Shown here piece after piece: positions 57,411 through 64,000 of a stretch of 64,000 bases of DNA (positions are counted from its first letter, which is position 1; every line of letters begins with the position of its first letter). Source of the stretch: Catajapyx aquilonaris (lineage: Eukaryota); contig KZ538269.1 in NCBI GenBank assembly GCA_000934665.2, positions 1 through 64,000 on the forward strand. The letters run 5' to 3'. Position numbers and translations under genes: made by a program. Under the pieces are notes generated by a model. That model saw only the letters and a list, made by a program, of their open reading frames with translations. It was not told the DNA's origin and did no database searches.

Positions 57411-60400
57411 TGCTTCGGACCACTCCCACGCAAACCGGTGTTTTTATGTACGTGGCGAAATTTTGTGCGAAATTATAGATGACTTCGCATTGTTTTCAGA
57501 GTTTAGTACATGACCAGTACGCTTCACAAGTCCGTGCCCAACATGTTGTTTTCTCCATAAACCAGTTTTCAAGAGAAGCAAACCACCCCCCCTACCTTTT
57601 GGAAGGTGGCGTTCACTTGCGTCTGTTGCTTCGGTTTCGAAACTGGTTGCTGGGGAAGACAATTCGTAACCCCCCCCCCCCCCTGGCATCTTGAGTTGGA
57701 AAGAGTCTGGACGTTTCCATGGGCATTTATTAGCGTTTACAGCTGTACCTTACGTTACTATGAGTCAACTTTATGCTCAAGGTTGTGTACTACATATGGT
57801 TTCAAGAAAACATGGAACTGAAGTTGGGGCAGTTCTGAAACATTTCAGAAAAAGCCTGCAGTCTACATCAGAGTGAACCATCAGTGTCTTGATCTAAACA
57901 CAAGGGCGCAAATTATTTTTTTTCCAGCTTCAACATCATTTACATCTCTACATTTGATCAAGGTCACTACACTCACAAAATTGGGGGGGAAAGCGGTCCA
58001 TAAAAATCACATCTATGCAAGTAAACCACGTGGCTTTCAATGCCTTCAATTACCAGTACCTTACATGAAGATTTTCCCCCCAATTTAACTGCCTATTTAT
58101 ATAGAGACAACATTCTAGCCAAAATACTAGAAACCTTATTTACATACGAGGTATAACATAAGGAGAGCTTGAACCTACACAATTACATAATGTGCATAGT
58201 TACACTCTGCTGCTCATTTCTGGAATGACTGCACTAGAATTAAGTCAGCGAATATATGAGAGCTCAAGCAAGAGGTTTTTGGAGAGCGAGGGGATTGTGG
58301 CTTAAAATTCGAGGCATACAGTAGCCTCTACATCAATCACCTGTTCGCTGTTCCTCAGTCAGAACGCTAGACTGGAAATCCGGCCAGTTGGCATACATCA
58401 GAAAGATGTAGCTTTAATGATAAATATTCGTTAAGCAGAGGAACTGACGTATATCAGTGTGTGGAATCACCTGAGAGAAACATTTGAGCCATTGGATTCC
58501 AAGTGTGAAAATGCAATGCTTATTCTCTAGGCCTACTATAGCCTTCTATAGCATTCATGCGAATATATTCTGCTTCAAATAATACTGTTTCATGTTGTAT
58601 TTTGTTAGGAAAATATGTGTTTGATACGCGGGGCTCTTCAAATGCTGCCACAGGTTCAATAGGGGCCATTTAGACACTACCAAGTAAACTGTTGGGTTTC
58701 CATGATTTCAAGTAGTGTCAACCATTGTCAAGCCAAACACATCCTGCCAATATGGATTGATTTTGTTGGTACTTTTTTGATGTCAACAGAAGTGTCTGTG
58801 TTGCCTGCAAACCAATTAGTGTCACAGTGCTGCAACGTCTCCAATATTTAGCAGAAGATGCATTGTCCAATTTTCAGATTAGCCTAAAAAAGCTTCCGGC
58901 TTACAGTGCACATCTCACATATTTTTTTGCCCTCCAACTTGCTGGACTACTCCGGATCATGGAAGCGTTTGTCACCAAAACAACACGCCATCTCCTCGGG
59001 ATGGGAAATGGGGACACGAAGCCGTGTGTGAATTAGGTCATGCAGACCTGGAACAAGCCTTCATTATCATTTCCCACCAGACTATATTTTTTTAAGGACT
59101 CGCCGCCGCCACCTATACATATGAATAACCCCTGGAGAACCGCTGCTCTTACAATTTTGGGAGCGTCCCCAGCCCAACTTGGCCGACTTGTGAAAACCTA
59201 GGTGATGGACAGGACCTTTTATTTTAAGGCATAGGTGACAAAATGTCCCCAGGTTTCACCCTCTGGTTTTGGTTTCAACGGGCAATGTATAAATTTTGAG
59301 GGTCTGGAAAGTTATCACTTGGGGTGGACAGGAGGGTGACTCATTGTCATCTTGCTTTTAACATGTAGGTCATATGACAGTAGTCATACTAGATATTCAG
59401 GGGCGGGGTGAGGTGTTGCCATAAATGTGAAAGGGAACCCTGGGCATTTTTGTGCTTCCCAAAAGCAGCAAGAGCCCCCTTCCCCTCTTTGCTAGCGGCT
59501 GCTGCATTCTTACCCGTCAACGAAGACGAGGCTTCCTTTTCCTTTTTCCCTTCTTTCACTTTGCCCTTCCTTCCAACCCAACCAACCAACAACCCTCCTC
59601 CAGATGTGCCTGAAAAACCTTCTCTCGCATTACCCCCATCCTCCTCCACCCTCCTTGTACCGTACAGGGACCCTACAAATATTCAAGTAAATCATATGAC
59701 CAAAATTGGCTTACTTTGGTAAAAAATATGAGGAGGTGGAACTTGGAGCTGCATATGCTGCGTTCGGCTCTTGTAAATAATAACAATATAATGTATATTC
59801 GGTCGGTCGCCTGGTAATATCCACTTTGGTCTACATTGTTGTTGGCTTCATTGTAAGTTGAGAGAGTCATTGTTTCTGGCTTGAAAATCTCTAGGGAGCA
59901 GTGAACCTCTCTAAAGCCAAAGGCTCCAGTAAGTTGAGGAGGACTACAACAAAAGGGTATTAGCCGGACTTGGGCGTGAGGGTCGAAGGCTTGGGTCTGA
60001 AAATATCCCCTAATTCCAGCTCTCCTGCTGTTTCTTGTTGGAAAGTGAAGGGCAAGCGAAAGACCGAAATTTGAGGGGGGGGGGGCGCCAGAAAGGAAGT
60101 GAACCCTCCTTGGTGCTGGCTGCTTTAGGGAATGAAAACGGCATAAGTGAAGGAGAAGGTCTAATCGCCTGGGGGAATGTTTGCTGAAGGCGACTTGAAA
60201 GATTACGAATATCCGGATTTGACTTGGCCTTCAGAGGAAAGGCGACTTTCTCTAACATGATGGTGAAATAACTTGTGGACAAAATGCTGACGAGTGAGAT
60301 CGAAAATCTGTACACCAAAATGGATATGAGCACGAATAAGGTTGGAAGATGCGTAACAGTTAGAATGAAGAAGAAGAAAAAAGTGAAAGCTAAAATTACG

Positions 60401-63400
60401 CAAGGGTGACACAGGAGTCAAAATTGGTGTTGTAATGGGTCGAAAACACAGGCTTTTTGGGGGTGAAAACCCAGATTTTTATCGGGTTTTTCCGAGGTCG
60501 CCGAAAATTTTATTCGGACTTTTCAAAAAAAAAAACTCGTATTTACTACGAATTAATACAAATCGTATATTGACGTCTACATTAAGTTTTTTTTCATTTC
60601 TTTACCAAATTTTGTTTTATGTTAGAGGTAAGATGAGCCGGGTTTGTACTATGGAGTAGGACAAATGATAGCGGTTTAACTTTTGTGGAATAATTTCTCT
60701 CCAGATTATTATAAAAATTACTGTGATATTTGCCACGTTCTCTGCATTTTGACCCCTGTATCTCAGTTCATTATCGCTATTTTGCAATTCTAGTTTTCCC
60801 CTTTTTCATTCTCACTGTAAATAGTGTAATGCATCTTTTCCACAAAAAAATCCTCGTGCTCGGAGGCAACTATAGGTTTCTTGTAATTATGTCTACACGA
60901 TATTATTAGTTGACATTCTTTATATTATTTGCACTTGACCACATTAATTTAGTAGACTAGAAAAGGTCAAGTGACGTAGTGATTATTATTATTCCAGACT
61001 AATTGGCTACAATTTTTCGTTGGTTGTTAACACATGTACGCAATATTGTGGCAGCTATCTCCTTTTGAACTATCGACGCATCAGGTAAAGTTGAACATAG
61101 CACATAGACATGTAGTCAACCTACATGAAAGCAATTTCCTGGAACGCTTTGTGCCAAACAATTAGCAAAAGATCTTTTGAAGTTACATATTACCCAACTG
61201 CCAAAGTTACCAATCTTGATTCTGCCATGACTGCAGCTTCCATTTTCCACATGGTTGACCTGTGTTTAAAATTATTTTTTCCATATTGTAGTGTATACAT
61301 TACAGTTGCGTTGCACATCATGAAACAGGATCATTAAGGATGCGCTACTTATGTGTCATTTTAATGGTATGTGGTAATTGCCTGGTCCTCCTGAGGCTGC
61401 TCTGATGCTATTTGAACACGCCACAAGAATGATTTCTGCCATGCATGCCATATTTGGACAACTAATTCTGCATAATTATGCATTGTCCAGTGATGTTAAT
61501 CCACAATCCCTCTCACAGAAACTTGGCGACATTGCTAATAATTATTATTAAAGCCGTGGCAAAGATCATAATAGAAGTTACCGTCAATTTGTTCCACTAA
61601 AAGTGTTAGAGCAATGGTACCTCTGAAGAGTACCGTGGACATGTCCCAAGTAGTGCCCCTTGACCTTCCAATACAGTTTTGTCGATTGGTAGTACATTAT
61701 CCCTGTTTACCAGGCAGGGTGCTAACGAATACTTTTATGGTAGGACCAGGCAAGAGAAGAAGGTGGGAGGGACCCCTGAGCTGAGTGCCTTCCTGAGTTA
61801 CCCCGAGCTGTCCCACAGGGAACCAAATCTTTCCAGCCTCTTCTTTCCCTCTCGCCTTGTTCTGGTAGCTCCCAAAATAGCAGCCCCCTACCCTCCTCTC
61901 CCAACATTCTTCCAGAAAGGGGTGTACCTTTTCTTCAGCAGGCAGCCAAGCCCTTCTCCTACCACGGTAGCTTCCAGTTGCATGCTATCAATGGACTTCT
62001 CTAGCCATCCAGATGGGGGAAAAAATATCTTATGACCTACACCAAACGAATGTGGACATAAACGATCTTGTTGTCTACATTACACGTTATGCGCGCACTA
62101 TAATTTAAGCACAATTATTTTTATTAGAAAATAAGGGTTACGTACGTATGAGCAGTGCGTCGCATGCTAAGTGATAATGCGTGCTTAATGCGCCATAAAA
62201 CCAAAAGGGTGATAGAATAATAAAAACGCATATGGTAAATGAGACAAACTCTGAGCCTGAAAAGAAGGGGGGGAAAAACTGGCTGAACAACAAAGGGGGC
62301 GAAACCTAGGTCATATGAGCGACAAGTTTCTCGCCCGGCAGTTTGAATTTTTACAGCAGGTTACAACCGCGTAATTTGAACAGGATTGTTCAATTTTTTT
62401 GTGTTATACACACTCCGAAGCTTATCGAAAGGAAATGGCCTAGGTCAGAAGTCTGATTGGTGGAAGGGGCTAATAGTTACGCAGGGAGAATCTAGGATGC
62501 CAGCCAGCTGGGGTCTCCCTCCCCCTAAAAAGGGCCCTAACCCACTGAGGGCACAATCCTCCATGGCCACCACCATCATCCAATACTAGGAAAACAGAAT
62601 GAGCTAGGGGAACATGGAGGACCTTTCCAGCTGTGCTTGCCACACCAACCATACACACATTTCTTGGCTTCGGGCAACAAGCCGAAATCAGCCTTGGAGG
62701 CATCTACCGAAAGGTTTGTGATCTGATCAAGCATGTTATTAAGTTCGGTTTGATTTGCTGCACCAGCAGGAGGGTTTAATATTGTGCTCAATTGTTGCCA
62801 TGACAGAATTTTCACCAAGAATCATCAATTGCATCAATTTTCCAAAACTGCGTCGCATCTCCTAAAAATGTCCACAGACTTCTGATGCTGCCAGTCTCTC
62901 TATATTTATCGAAAGATGCAATGACACGGAAGCACATGATTACAGGCTGCACTCTTGATTAGTGAAAAACCTTTGGACTTTGGCCTTTGCAGCAGATTAA
63001 ATGTTCTATCATTCTCCAGCACGAGTTGTTTATCCTTCGTTGCATCCTTGCTTGCCCAATAGTCCTGGAAATTTCTTGCGCAAATATTTTTGCATGTGGC
63101 GGATGCAAGCTGTTGGATTCAAATTGTCTGGATGCATGCAGGTTCGCAATAATAAAATTCATAATCGCGCATAATAAGAACAAGTACCGCATCTTCACAT
63201 CCTGTGCCGTAAAGGCAGGCTGCGTATCCGAAAGTAATGTTACCCCGTAGGTCATAAAGCAATTACTCAACATAACACTTGCGTTTAATACACCGACCTA
63301 ATTTGAAACGGGGGGGGTAGAAACCGAAGCACGCACAGACCAAATTGAAACTGTCACTTTTATTTCAAATTACTGTACTCGAGAGAAATGATAAATGTCT

Positions 63401-64000
63401 CCCCTAGAAATGCCCCTTAAAGGAAAAGGTCGTAATTATACTCATAATCCCACCCAAGACTCAGCACTGGAACAGATCCCTCCCTTTACAAAAACGGAAT
63501 CGTCCTTTTCATTACCATTGTCTCTAATTCCTGGCTGGAAACAAGTTTCCTTTTCATTGCCACTGAATGTGGCTCCGGGTTCTTCTCTAATGAAACATAT
63601 CTGCTGCTACAATCTTCCCGTTGGGATCCTATTTTTGTGGAAATGTCCAAGCCACCAGAAATCCAGAAATCCGAGATCCTTATTAGCATGTGGAATGGAC
63701 CGTATATGAAGAGACGCATATGTGGTTGTTGGGAAGCGGACGTGACAACCCCAGGGGTCATTCATGACCTGGGATATAGAATCTTTGCTTCGTCTCATCC
63801 ACTAACAGCCCCCATTCATGTTTGAAGCAGGGAGGGGAAAAGGTCCCCACTTGAACCACCGAAAAGACGAAGAAGAAGTAGGAGGAGGAGCAGACATAAG
63901 AAAAAGGAGCTTCAGGTTGGGCAAGACCAGGACCAGAACACCTTGAAACTCCCTAACCTAGGGGCTTCTTCTTCTTCTTCTTCTTCGTCTTCAATGACCT

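Noticed and set aside
59668..59851. Plus-strand exon-like segment (pyrimidine tract, cag ... gtaagt)
   Set aside because: Stops occur in all three frames; at most a non-coding exon.

Overview
Eukaryotic (animal, most likely non-dipteran arthropod) genomic DNA from a draft assembly. It is not prokaryotic, so most single-frame ORF calls are noise. Two convergent spliced genes can be reconstructed by hand. (1) On the + strand, the last three coding exons (1391-2857) of an NR2E-family nuclear receptor, most like NR2E6/PNR-like; its DNA-binding-domain exons lie upstream of the window. (2) On the - strand, a complete 12-exon IGF2BP/Imp gene (ATG 56533, stop 10485, 1749 nt CDS, 582 aa, 2 RRM + 4 KH). 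It has a 37.7-kb intron 2 and a probable ~7-kb 3' UTR that ends head-on against the receptor's poly(A) signals. The most interesting signals are regulatory layers on Imp: several candidate alternative first or cassette exons in intron 2 that end in phase 2 and would give RRM1-less isoforms, one with its own CRE/CCAAT promoter; a candidate CUG-initiated 33-aa N-terminal extension; a GC-donor 39-nt microexon in the KH2-KH3 linker; a candidate alternative/poison exon 2; and let-7, miR-100 and miR-125 seed sites interleaved with alternative poly(A) signals. Small MITE-like elements, hairpins and a ~160-bp tandem repeat also lie in intron 2. All isoform and regulatory calls are sequence-only inferences.
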